DNA from: Felis catus
Lineage: Eukaryota
Direction of reading: 5' to 3'
DNA length: 64,000 nucleotides
Assembly: GCF_018350175.1 (NCBI RefSeq)
Contig: NC_058368.1
Coordinates: forward strand, 192,760,001 to 192,824,000
Each line of letters opens with the position of its first letter. The stretch's first letter is position 1. The notes under the pieces were generated by a model. That model searched no databases. It saw only the letters and a program-made list of their open reading frames with translations, and had not been told where the DNA came from. A program made the translations under genes and the position numbers. Positions 25,913 through 36,885 of the stretch are shown piece by piece.

Positions 25913-27487
25913 TGGGTTGGTTTTGATTAGTATTAATATTCCTCATTAAGGGCCTGTGAACTCTGGCCTCTTTGGTCTCCTTGGACTTCTTCTCCTCAAC
26001 TCAGGAAGTCCTCTGGGCTCCACTTGGGTTCCCCTCCCCATACCATGGCCTGGAAACTCTCTTGAGACAAAAGTTGGGGTACCTGTAGGGCTCACCTCAT
26101 TTGTTTGCCACCTCTTAAGATTTACGGCCTGTCACTGACTGATGTCCAATGTCTTACAAACCATTGCTTCACACGGTTTGTCTTTAGTTGTTGTTATTTC
26201 AGGCAGGAGAAGGTCCTGTCACTCTGTCTTGGCCCCTAAATAGCATTTTTTGTGTGTCTGTGTGTACATTCATATTTGGGGCCCTATTATTATCATTACA
26301 ACTAGTGCTATCAATGTGGCTGATTTAAACTTGTGCTGGCAACCGGTCTTTCTTTCCAGAGTATATATTTAATAAATGTGTGTCAAAATGTATAGACTCT
26401 AATTGGCTCCCTTGTTGCCTTTGTAACCTGTTGGAGATGTAAAGGCGATCAATAGAACACTGGCCTATTATAATAATATAAACTTCTAAGTTCTTTTGAG
26501 GAAATTCAGCCCATACCATAAATCAACCAAGTTAATTTCACAAAAAGGAATCTGGTAGATTTGGGCCTTTTATTGCAACAAAGATTCCATTCAGGTTCAT
26601 TCATTACTGAAAGCTAAACCAAGGGACTGGGTAAAGCAGGTCAGGAGTGTAGATGGTTTTCACTCCTACCATGAATGTTCTCTGACAGCTTTCAGATGGA
26701 TGGTCTTCGCATGGGAGAAAATGACCATTTTTTCAGAGAAGAAGTTTGCACAGGAAGCTTTAGACCCCAGCCACTTCAGCAGTCGGGGCTGTTGCCATCA
26801 GCTCTGTGCCCTGGAGGGGCCTCCATGGACAGTCGCCATGCGGCCAAACCCGCCTCCCAGGGAGCAGGGGAAGCGGGCCAGCGCACCAGCCATCCTCTGT
26901 TCCTGCTCCCTCGGCAGGGGGTGCAGAGGGCAGGCCCACTGAGCCAGCTGGCCACCTCCCATTTACAAGCCCCAGCAAGTCGGGTCAGACTGCCTTCTTT
27001 CCCTTCTCTGGGTCTCCATGGTCCTTGGTGCAGCTTCTGGTGGAAGCAAATGCAGCTGGCACAAACAGCCCCTCAATCCTGTTCTTGATGTGATGTTGCC
27101 AAAATTCAGTTGGAAGAAGTAAAAGGCAAACATTACCTCAGCTCCTGATGGAGTTGTTTCAGCTCAAAGAAACCAGAGGGAGGGAGTGTCTCCACTGCTC
27201 TAATCTCACACATTTCCGAGGTCTGCAGGAAAGATCCACCCCCCGCCCTCTCCCCTCCCCAGCCCAGGAAGAAAAGGAATAGCTCTTCAAGACATCTGTC
27301 AACTCATTTCTGGAATGTCCGCTTCCATAGCTAGGGATTCTGAAAAGCCAGGGGGTCAGGAGAGGGGCGGGGAGTGTCAGGAGCACTGGATTTAGTGACA
27401 TCCTTCATGGTGACTTAGATGCTGGTGGGGTGGCTGGGAACAGAGGAGCCTGAGGCGTCCTTTGGCTCAATTCACACCCACCTAGAA

Positions 27488-27970
27488 CAGTGCTTCCTCA
27501 CCTCACTGATGCCCTGGACCCCTCTGCCAAGCTGGTGAAGCCTATGGTCACTTCTCAGAGCAGCTTGTATAATGCATAAAATAAAACAGGTTATAAAGGA
27601 AATCAAGTGGACTGGGATACAGTTATCAAAATAATTTAAAAATCTGAAATATAGTAATAAAAGTGTTTCCTTATTAACACATTAATCAACACGATCTAGT
27701 GGCTGTTCTAAAAACTACCTTCACTTCAAAGTAGTGATGAGCATTCGTTACATTTCTAGATATCTATAAAGTGATGTAAAAGTAAATGATTTCTTTTGGG
27801 GACAAGTTCACAGGTGCTTTGTTGCCTACAGTCGTAACAGAAAGGAACACCATGTTTCAGTTAGAGGTTAGTGAAAAGAAAAACACAGTGTTTTCCACAT
27901 CCAGATTTTTAGAGGCTCCTGAATTCTATCCACAGACTTGTCTGTGGGCCCCGGGACTCCGAAATTAAGA
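27488..27970. mobile_element. hAT-Charlie type non-autonomous DNA transposon
   Basis: cagtgcttc...ggacccct...ctggtgaagcctatgg...ttctcag start, AT-rich core and ...ttaagaa end; subfamily not assigned. Confidence 0.65.
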
Positions 27971-28421
27971 AGAGTTTTCTTTTTTCTGAACTGTTGGGAA
28001 AGAGTTGTGCACTGGAGACATGGGGGCCAGGCCCCAACCTGGGGGGCCTCCATCCAGCTGGGAGACTCGAACTTTTAAGCCCAAGGCTGTGCACTTCTTG
28101 CCTACTTTTCTACCTGCAGTGTCTTCCCGCAAAGGCCGGTGCTGGGTGGGGGTGTCCTTGGGAGTTCCAAAGCACCCGGAGTCTACCCTTATTGCCGATC
28201 TTCTCATCTGTGGTGTAATGACCTGCTTAGCCCATCTGTCCCCACCTCTTGCACGAGGCAACAATCATGGCTCATTTACTGTTGTGTTCCTGATGTCAAG
28301 CACAGGGCTTGGCACGTAGCCCATTCATATATATTTAGTGACTCAACAGATGAATGGACAGATGAAAGTTGTGTCCACACCTAGCTTCTCCCTCTCGTTA
28401 TAAAAATATTCCTTGATTGAC

Positions 28422-28610
28422 ACCAGTACTTCTCAGCCCTGGTTATGTAAGTGAGAACTGCTTCCCAAGGCTTCAGAAAATACTGAGACCCAAGATGGAC
28501 CCCCCCACCCCCACCCCCCAGAGATTCAGGCTCCAGTGGTCTGGGGTGGGACCGTGGCCCTTGTACGTCTTTAAAACCACCCCAGAAACAGCCAGAGTTG
28601 AGAGCCCACA
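28422..28610. mobile_element. MER5-like DNA transposon
   Basis: cagtacttctca...ggtctggggtggg...gttgaga. Confidence 0.6.
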
Positions 28611-29100
28611 GAGCCACAGAACAGCGGCTGAGGCGAGGGTGTAATGTTCCCAGATGAACTTCTTTCGTAGAGCCAGCAAGATGAAATTAGTGCAGAATTC
28701 TGAACTCTGCAAGGGGCTAAACACATAAATTGAGTTTCTGACCCTCGGAGTTAGGTCACAGCTCTGTGTCCAGCAACATCAGTGATATCTGAACTACATT
28801 CTCAGACTTAGATGAAAAATCTTGGGCTTGACAGTAAAGACCACGAAACAAATTGCAAACGCCACGGACAAGCGCTCCGAGCTCCGAGGCCCCACACTCC
28901 CTGCCCTCACAGCAAGAAGTCCCATGAATGGGGCCCATCCTGGATAAACAGCACCCCTTTTGTGTGGTTTCCTCATCTACAAAGCAGAGATGACAATAAG
29001 GCCAATCTCACAGCACTGCTGCGGGAACTGAAAGACAGGAATAGGGCAGAAAGCATTTCGTAAGTAGCCCAAACATGCCACCAAGATTAATTCTTTCTTA

Positions 29101-30152
29101 CAGGCTTGCTTCAGTTTAGGTCACTTCACTTTACTGTGTTCTGTAGATGCTGTGTTTTTTACAAATTGAAGGCCTGTGGCGACCCTGTGTTGAGCAAGTC
29201 TGTTGGTGCCATTTTCCCAACAGTATTTGGTCACTTCGTGTGTGGGCCACATACTGGTAATTCTCACAATATTTCAAACGTTTTCATTTTTGTTATTATA
29301 TCTGAATTGCTGCAGTCTCATGATAAAACCAAAATGGATGAGGACTTGCTTCCTATGGATGAGCAAAGACAATGGTTTGTTGAGATGGAATCTACTCCTG
29401 GTGAAGATGCCGTGAAGACTGTTGAAATGACAACAAAGGATTTGGAACATTACATAAACGGGAGTCGATAAAGCAGTGAGGTGAGGTTTGTGAGGACTGA
29501 TTCTGGTTTTAAAAGAAGTTCTCTTGTGGGTAAATGCTATCGAACAGCATCACATGCTACTGAGAAATCTTTCTTTCAAGGAAGAGTTCATCAATGCAGC
29601 AAACTTTATTGTTTTCTTTTAGGAAATTGCCACAGCCACCCTGGTCTTCGGTAACCACCACCCTGATCTGTCAGCAGCCATCCACATTGAGGCCAGACCC
29701 TCCGCCACTGAAAGCCGAGACGATGGGTAGCATCTTTAGCAATATATATTTTTTAATGTTTACTTATTTTTGAGAGAGAGAGACAGAGTACCAGCGGGAG
29801 AGGGGCAGATAGAGAGAGAGAGAGAGGGAGACACAGAATCGGAAGCAGGATCCAGGCTCCAAGCCGTCAGCACAGAGCCCAACACGGCGCTCGAACCCAT
29901 GAACCCGCGAAATCGTGACCCGAGCCGAAGTCAGACACCTATCCAACTGAGCCACCCAAGCGCCCCACTTTTTAGCAATATTTTTAAAAGGTGTGTACGT
30001 TGGATTTTAGACACAATGCTATTGCACACTTAACAGAAAACAGTTTAGTGTAAACACAACTTTTATATGCATGAGGAAACCAAAAAATTCATTTGACTCA
30101 CTTTATTGCGGTGGTCTGGAGCACAGCCGGCAGTATCTCTGAGGTGTGCCTG
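29101..30152 (+). mobile_element. Internally deleted Tigger1 (TcMar) with both termini and TA target duplication
   Basis: ta|caggc...ttttttacaaattgaagg and gaggtgtgcctg|ta ends; ORF 29106..29471 carries Tigger1 transposase C-terminal sequence ([43 protein letters not shown]). Confidence 0.92.
29747..29966 (-). mobile_element. Can-SINE nested in Tigger1
   Basis: TSD tttagcaatat on both sides. Confidence 0.93.
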
Positions 30153-30179
30153 TACTGCTTTCTACTAACTGTGTTCTTA

Positions 30180-30630
30180 CAGGTGCAAAGATCTTATGGA
30201 TTACAGATTCTACGTCAGACTCCCTGCTTTCAAGTTCCAGCTCCACTAATCAGCTGTGCCATCGTATGCAAATTACCTAACCTTTTTGTGCCTCAATTCC
30301 TTACCTGTAAAATGATGATAATAAAGGTACATACGTCATTGGTTTTTGGAAGGTTTGGCCGAGTGAGGTAAGCGCTTAACGTACCTAGAATATCTTCTAA
30401 AACTTAAGCTTTGTAACAGAATCACCTGGAGGGCTTGTTAAAACATGGATTGCTGGGTGCCTCCCTAGAGCTTTTGCTGCAGTAGATCTAGGCTGAAACC
30501 GTGAATCCGCGTGTCTCATAAGCTCCTAGGTGCCCATGACGGTGCTGGTCCGGGAACCACACTCTGAGAACCACTGGCTAAGAATGATGCCTGGCATGCA
30601 GTAAGCACCTAGTAAATGTCAGCTGCTATG
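30180..30630 (+). mobile_element. MIR interrupted by MER5A (about 30388-30578)
   Basis: MIR core gtgcctcaattccttacctgtaaaatg, then agaatcacctggagggcttgttaaaac...ctctgagaaccactg, then MIR resumes (tgcctggcatgcagtaagcac). Confidence 0.75.
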
Positions 30631-30757
30631 ATCTTTTCCTGGGCTCTACTTTCTTAATTCCTGGGCAGCACATTTTATGCTCTGGTGCCACTCAATACCG
30701 CCTTCCTGTAGAATTCCCATCTGAATTCCCATTCTAGACTCCCATTCTACCTTTGGT

Positions 30758-30940
30758 GGTAGTGTGGACCCAAGATAAGCTGCACCAGCATCACATGGGG
30801 GCTTGTTCATAATGCAAGTTCTTGGGTCCTGACCCACATCTATTGAATCAGGATTTATGGGGGTGAGGCTCAAAATCCTGGGCTCTAACATCCTTCCAGG
30901 TGATTGTACTGCATACCAACTCTAGGCACTACCACTCTAG
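30758..30940. mobile_element. MER5A-like
   Basis: gcatcacatgggggcttgttcataatgcaagttcttggg...tgaatcag...ccaggtgatt. Confidence 0.7.
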
Positions 30941-31612
30941 CAGAAAATCACCACGACCACAACAGCTCTACTGAAGGCACCTAGGGAGGCAGGACAGCCT
31001 CAGGTCCAGAGTCTAGTTTTTGGCTGAGCTGGAGACCTGGCTCAGCTTCTTGGCCACCTGTGGCCTTACAGGACTTACGACATTTAAAGCAAACGAAGTG
31101 CCTGCACATGATACCTGTTCAATGGATGTTAGCTGCCATTATTATCTCTTTATCATCGTTACAATGTGTCCTGTCTCAAAATGACTTGAGGTAGCTTATA
31201 AAAAAAAAGACACAAATACCCACATGCACACGGCAGCTGAAACAAAGTCCCCTGTTTAAGAAAAGGAAATAAAAATGTATCTCCTCACAGAGAGCACAAG
31301 GGTTGAAGCTGTCCTTGCAATGGTCTGAACTTGAGTTTTGAACTTCCCCGTGGGCCAAAGAGGGGAAATGCAGAGGATACATGGGTCCCACTGCCTGCAA
31401 AGGGGAAGGAGACTGGCTGTCTTTCATCCCTCTGCCACACGACCGCTAAATCTAGGAGACTCGGATCACATAAACCTCTGCACCAAGGCCCGGGCTACCA
31501 AGGAGGGAATTTCCTCCAGCAGCGCTTTATGTACCTGATTCTTTAATTAATTCTCATCAAGAGCCACGGGCAAAATCCTTAGATCCCAGAAGATGAGAGA
31601 CGTTACACTCAC

Positions 31613-31751
31613 TTTGGGTGCCGAATATCAGGGAGAGAGCGATTCAGGGAGATTTTATCACTGACGTAAATGTTAAATCCATTTTCTCGGTATGCCTGAT
31701 CCACTCGCTCAGCGTCGGTCATGGGGTAAGGTCTCCCTTGTTCTCCATTTC
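31613..31751 (-). CDS. GALNT10: GALNT10 coding exon 3 (139 bp)
   Basis: ttctcctag|GAAATGGAGAAC...CACCCAAA|gtgagt; translates to (G)[45 protein letters not shown](N), with the GalNAc-T FN..SD.ISL.RSLPD.R motif. Phases fit exons 2 and 4. Confidence 0.97.
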
Positions 31752-34147
31752 CTAGGAGAAAAGAGCAAAATCAGTGTTGCTAACTGAATGGGGTGGGGGA
31801 AGAAGGATGAAAAATATAATTAAGCCACAGAGGTAAAACTTTAGCCTTGGATACAGAGCGGACCTCCAGATTTTGGGAGGTGGGGATATAAAGGGGGGGA
31901 GGGGAATGAGGGTTTATTCAACCATGGCCATGCCATGTACTTGTCCTCATGTAATGCCCACAGCAAGCCATCAGGGTGGACTTGTGAACCCTGATTCTAC
32001 AGATGGATAAACTGAGACTCAAGAAGGTTATAAAAGCAGGTCTGTGGGCTCCAAAGCCCATGCTTCCCCAATCCGCCAGGGGCCCCAAACACTCCTGACC
32101 ATGGATCCTACCACTGGGATGGGAGGCCAGCTGACCAACCACGGGCCAGTCACCCAACTCTCTGAATTTCAAATGTGAAGTTGCATCCATGACAGAATTT
32201 ATGAACGATAAATCACTTACACTCCTGTGAGGAATAGGGTTACTCTCTAGGCAAGGCAGACTTCATATGCAAATAAAAATGGCCACAAATGATAAAAGAT
32301 GCTTTGATCTTTTAAGCCAGCAAACAATTAAGATCTGTCTAGCCTAGGCCAGGATTGCCTGAAAAATGTTGCTTTGAGTCATGGATTTGGGTGGATAATG
32401 CGCTAGCTGTCCTTTCTCTACACAATCCATTTGGAGAAAGAGACCCTGATGGTCCAGGAAATTATTCTCTGGGTTCTCAGGGTGCAGATGGTGAGCATGA
32501 ATGTCCACACCAACCCCTGCAATAACAGCCCAAGAATCTGCAATGGGAGAGAAATGGTCATAAAAGCAGCTGATTAAAAATCACCTCATCTTCTGGAGCC
32601 TGTGGTCTGAGCAACACCCTATTTACTTTGCAAAGTAAACACTGACAACATCAGCTTGATGGGAAGGTGCAAGCTGAGGGGTGGGGCCAAGGCCTGTGCC
32701 TACAGCCTTGTGGCTCCAGCCAGATGAGAGAGAGGACGCCGCCATCTTGCAACGCTCCATGAGAAGACGCTGCTGCCTAGTGCCCAGGCCAGATTCCGCA
32801 AGGGACACAAATGCAGCAAGCAGAGAAAGAAGAGCCAGAAGCATCTGCCTGGGGAGGGAAGTTTCAGGAGTGGGTACCGGGAAGCAATTCAGAGCTCAGG
32901 CCCTAGAATCTGGCAGAGTACAGCTTAAGGCCCAAACCTGCCACTCCCAGCAATGTCACCCTGGGCATGCCATTAGCCTTTCGATGATCGGGGTTTGCTC
33001 TTTGTACTAACAGGGATAAGAAGGGCCAATGTAATGACTAAGGAGACAACGCCACGCCAGATGCCTGGCACAGAGTTCACACTCAACACAAGCTGGTTAT
33101 TATTATTCTTAATACCGTTTCCACTGCTTACTCTTTCCTTGCTAGTTAGCCCAATGTTCTAATAATTCTGGTATATCCGTCTGGAGAATCAGCTCTTTTC
33201 AAATGTTTCCTCTCCCAGCTTAAGCGGAGCCCACCCCCACTTCATTTTAAATCACTGGCTTATAGAAAAATGCATGTCATGTCTTTAGATTTCCCTGACC
33301 ATCAGTTATTATATCAGCTCTATTTGGAGGCTTGTTATAGTCTGGTTTTTTTTTTTTTTTTTTTTCATAATGTAATCTAAAAAAAAAAAAAAAAATCAAT
33401 AGTGGTGGTGCCTTTAACTGGGATGAAATGAACAAAATACCAATCCCTCTATTTGTACAGTGCTTTCCAGCCTTGTAAAGTTGCTTCAAATCTGTCCCTT
33501 TACTTGTCACAACACCACCCAGTCCGTGGTGTCAGGGCTACCCTCCTGACCCCTAAGTCCAGGCTCTCTAGAGACGACTCTCCACATAATTTCTATATAT
33601 TCCCCCCGCCCCCAACTCTTCCCAACTCCCTGGTGTAACAGGAACTGCTCCAAAGACTAATTAGCCAAAGAAAACCTGAGCCGAAGCCTGCTAACTCCAT
33701 TCAGTCTTATGGCTACAGAGCTGGGTAGGGATCGACTCTGTCCTCCAGAGCTGGGTTCAAGTCCCAAGCCTGCCTCTTTCTCACTGCATGACTGCAGGCA
33801 GATTACCTGGTGTCTCTGAGCTATGGGCCCCTTCTCGTCAAATGGGCCACAAAGGGTGACTTGGGGTTTCACTGAGAAAATGTGCAAAGTGTGCAGCACG
33901 GGCCTCCATGCTCACCGTAGGTGTTTAACAAATGTTGGCTCTTCATTCTAGTGGCAAAATACCTCATGAGGAGGAGACATCTACTCCCCAATAAAGGTAG
34001 TAGGGACAACTCTTGAAGGCAGTGGACCTGATGGTGTGAGTGGAGAAAGGGGTCAGCTAACAGGTGAAGAGGGGGACCCCCAGGAAGCAGGGGGAGGAAG
34101 GATGGTAAATGGAGAGGGAAGCAACAGGAGGTACAGACATGCCTGCT

Positions 34148-34150
<3 letters not shown>

Positions 34151-34179
<29 letters not shown>
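34151..34179. repeat. (CA)14 microsatellite = (UG)14 in GALNT10 pre-mRNA
   Basis: Direct read. Confidence 0.95.
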
Positions 34180-34181
<2 letters not shown>

Positions 34182-34218
34182 CACAGGACCTGCCAGCCGG
34201 CAATACCACTGTCCATAC

Positions 34219-34321
34219 CTACGCGCTGGGCGTCCCTCCTGATGGCTTCTTGGTCATGCCAATCCTTCAGCTTTTGCCCATCTCCCAGGAAAAATATCTT
34301 CTTCTGCTGATTGTGGGAGCC
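34219..34321 (-). CDS. GALNT10: GALNT10 coding exon 2 (103 bp; stem region)
   Basis: Reverse complement reads ttttttaag|GGCTCCCAC...CAGCGCGTAG|gtatgg and translates to GSHNQQKKIFFLGDGQKLKDWHDQEAIRRDAQRV(G), matching the recalled human GALNT10 segment GSHSRQKKTFFLGDGQKLKDWHDKEAIRRDAQRVG. Ends in phase 1 and joins exon 3 in frame. Confidence 0.95.
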
Positions 34322-34369
34322 CTTAAAAAAAAAAAAATAACAACTGTGAAAAAGAAGGAAAGGGGAAAT

Positions 34370-34423
34370 AAATTTAGTAACTAAATTTAGTAACTAAATT
34401 TAGTAACTAAATAAATTTAGTAA
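34370..34423. repeat. 13-bp tandem repeat AAATTTAGTAACT x3 plus partial copy
   Basis: Exact copies at 34370, 34383 and 34396; partial copy at 34413. Confidence 0.95.
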
Positions 34424-34647
34424 ATTGCACTACCTATGGGACGTGTTGGTTTTGACTGATGGTCTGTCACCATTTGTTCATTTATTAATTCCCTCAATAT
34501 ACCTGTTAGCACTGGCCATACGCCAGTCAGGTGGGCAAAGGTCAGAAGGATGACAGGTACACATGTCCACCCTCCTGGAACTACAAACCGGCAGGAGAGA
34601 AAACAGATGGACAGACCTTCCTTTCCCCCAAGGGAGAAAGCAGTAAG

Positions 34648-34932
34648 TGTGACTGTCCAACAGAAATCTAACGTGAGCCACAAATGTGAGCCACACGTGT
34701 AACTTTAGATTTTCTAGTATTCACGCTAAAAGAAAAAAACAAACAAAAGCCAGATGAATTAGGTTTGGTAATATATTTTATTTAACCCAATATACCCCAC
34801 CTAAAATATCGTCATTGCGAAAGTACTAGGTTTGAAATCAGGTGTATTTTGTACTTGTGTTCACCTTAATTCAGACCTTCCCAGGTGCTCAGTAGTCACA
34901 GGTGGCTCGTGGCTACATACTGGACAAGGCAG
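34648..34932 (+). mobile_element. MER33-like hAT-Charlie element
   Basis: ctgtccaacagaaat...gagccaca...tttctagt start and gtggctcgtggctac..tactggaca end (TIR-like). Confidence 0.8.
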
Positions 34933-36476
34933 GTAAGCGAACCTTACTTAGATCAGAGGCCTGGAGACAGGGCCCCAGGTGTTCACTTCCACCTGGGAGA
35001 ACCGGAGATAATTTCACAGACGTGAAGGCATTTGGGCTAAGCTTCAGGTAAGCAGAAATGAGAGGCAGGGCATAGACTTCCAGGTGTGGTGGAGAGTGGC
35101 CAGAGCTGGGCTGGGCCTGAGGAGTTCTGAGCACAGAAGCAGAACCCAGCTCTTGGTCACCTCTACAGTCCCCAGAAGAGCCTAGTCCCCAAGAGGGTGA
35201 ACATTTGGCCAGTGTGTGTGGAGTGTATGAACAAGCAATTGGATGGCTGAAAAAAAATGGGAAAATACAGCGGCCACAAGAGAGCAGCCCTCTGGGGCCA
35301 GGCTCTGAAGGCATTTCCTGTGTCTGGGAGATGAGCCCATCCTGGTGTGCCCATTAGGAAGCGGTTTCCCTAATTAAAGGAGTTGCATGCCACTGTCTGG
35401 GGTCATCACAGGGCACCAGATGCTTCCCCATGCCAACAGTGAAGTCTAAACACTTGGCCCCGGGGCTCAGTTAGAGCCTTCCCCAGGTAACGCTGCGCTG
35501 CACGGCTGTTTAAATGTCTTCCTGTGTTCACGAAAATGAGAATGGCTTTCCACATCACCTTGCCCATTAAAAATCTTGCAGACTTGTTCTTGCCACTGTG
35601 GCATGCAGGAGGCAACAGTCCTTTTTCCTATGTAATTAGCTACGAAGACCCGCAGCATGTGACACGCTGCGACATTAGCACTAACAAGAAGCCACCAGAA
35701 GAAAATCATCCCCAAGCCAATTTTTTAAGTCTCTGGCTGATCCTTGTGTTAGCAGATTTTCCACAACGGCTCAATATCCTTACATCAGCTCTAATGATAA
35801 TCGCAATCCTTTGCATTCATTCCCTCTCCTACGGACCTCTCTGAGTTGCAAGAAGCAAATTCTGAAAGTTAGCATGCCAGACGTGTTGGTCAGAGAGGGA
35901 AGGAAAACTGTGAAAACAAAGGCCACGTGCCTGCAAACAGTTCTCGGGGCTCTCAGAAAACACAGAGGCTGCGCTGGAAGCCCCTTCAGCAAGTTTCCAC
36001 TGCATTCAGCTACATTTCCACAGGAGACACTCAGCGCTGCTTTGGGACGAGGGGTTCCGAGAGGAGGAGCTTGGCCCCCTTTGAACCACACCAGCAATGC
36101 ATCTGTCTGTTTTCTGTACCAGGATTCCATGCGGGATTTCATTTTAAAAAGGTCCTCTGCTGAAAACAACCGACAACCAAATCTCCTAATAAATGAACAA
36201 ATACAAGTGGAAACTGATCAGGGCCACATCTCCATTTCGAAGAGCAGCCAAGCCTTGGGGTGGGTGAGGCGCCTGCCCAAGAAACACTCCATCACTGAGA
36301 TGTCAAGAGGGATGGGTCAAGGGCTGTTTAGCAATGTTTTGTCCAGCCCTCCCTCCCAATTTCTTTTCCTTCTCCTGCTACCCAAAGACTGGAAACTTCA
36401 GGTGACTGCTCAGCTCACTGGTGGAACCAAGAGGCTCTGCAGACTGAGGCCACCTAAATGGAAGAAGCCCATCTAA

Positions 36477-36777
36477 AGAGGTTCTCAAAGTATGAGCAGC
36501 ACTGCCCCACCTGGGAACTTGTGAAAAATGTTAATTCCTGGGCTCTGCCCCAGTCCTCCTGAGACAGAAACCCTGGTGGGGGGAGGCCCTAAGATCTATG
36601 TCTTAACAAGTCCTCCAGGGCGCCTGGGTGGCTCAGTTGGTTAAGTATCTAACTCTTGATTTCAGCTCAGGTCACAATCTCACAGCTTCGCGGGTTCAAG
36701 CCCTGCATCATGCTCTGTGCTGGCAGCATGGAGCCTGCTTGGGATTCTCTCTCCCTCTCTCTCTGCCCCACCCCCCC

Positions 36778-36840
<63 letters not shown>

Positions 36841-36885
36841 GTCCTCCAAGAGGTCCTAAGCTGTTCTTGAGTTTAAGAACTACTA
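36477..36885. mobile_element. MER5A interrupted by a SINE
   Basis: ggttctcaaagt...cacctgggaacttg...ttaacaag / gtttaagaactact. Confidence 0.75.
36618..36840 (+). mobile_element. Can-SINE ending in (CA)n rather than poly(A)
   Basis: TSD gtcctcca at 36610-36617 and 36841-36848. Confidence 0.9.

Larger units (their letters stand above)
22160..26240 (-). mobile_element. Old L1M internal (ORF2/ORF1-region) fragments interrupted by four SINEs
   Basis: T-rich antisense L1 sequence; ORF 25231..25524 (ELWDNVKQSNVHVIGV.E.EE) resembles L1 ORF1p. Confidence 0.8.

Noticed and set aside
32623..32745. AAGATGGCGGCG-initiated short ORF (MAASSLSSGW...) as a processed pseudogene
   Set aside because: No recognisable protein, poly(A) or TSD; better explained as a YY1-type motif or chance.
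34370..34423. Palindromic direct repeats as a CRISPR-like array
   Set aside because: 13-bp units with no spacers in a mammalian intron; this is a simple minisatellite.
35811..36476. Longest ORF in the track (221 aa, plus strand)
   Set aside because: Non-ATG start, no recognisable domain, composition typical of chance intronic ORFs, and antisense to GALNT10.
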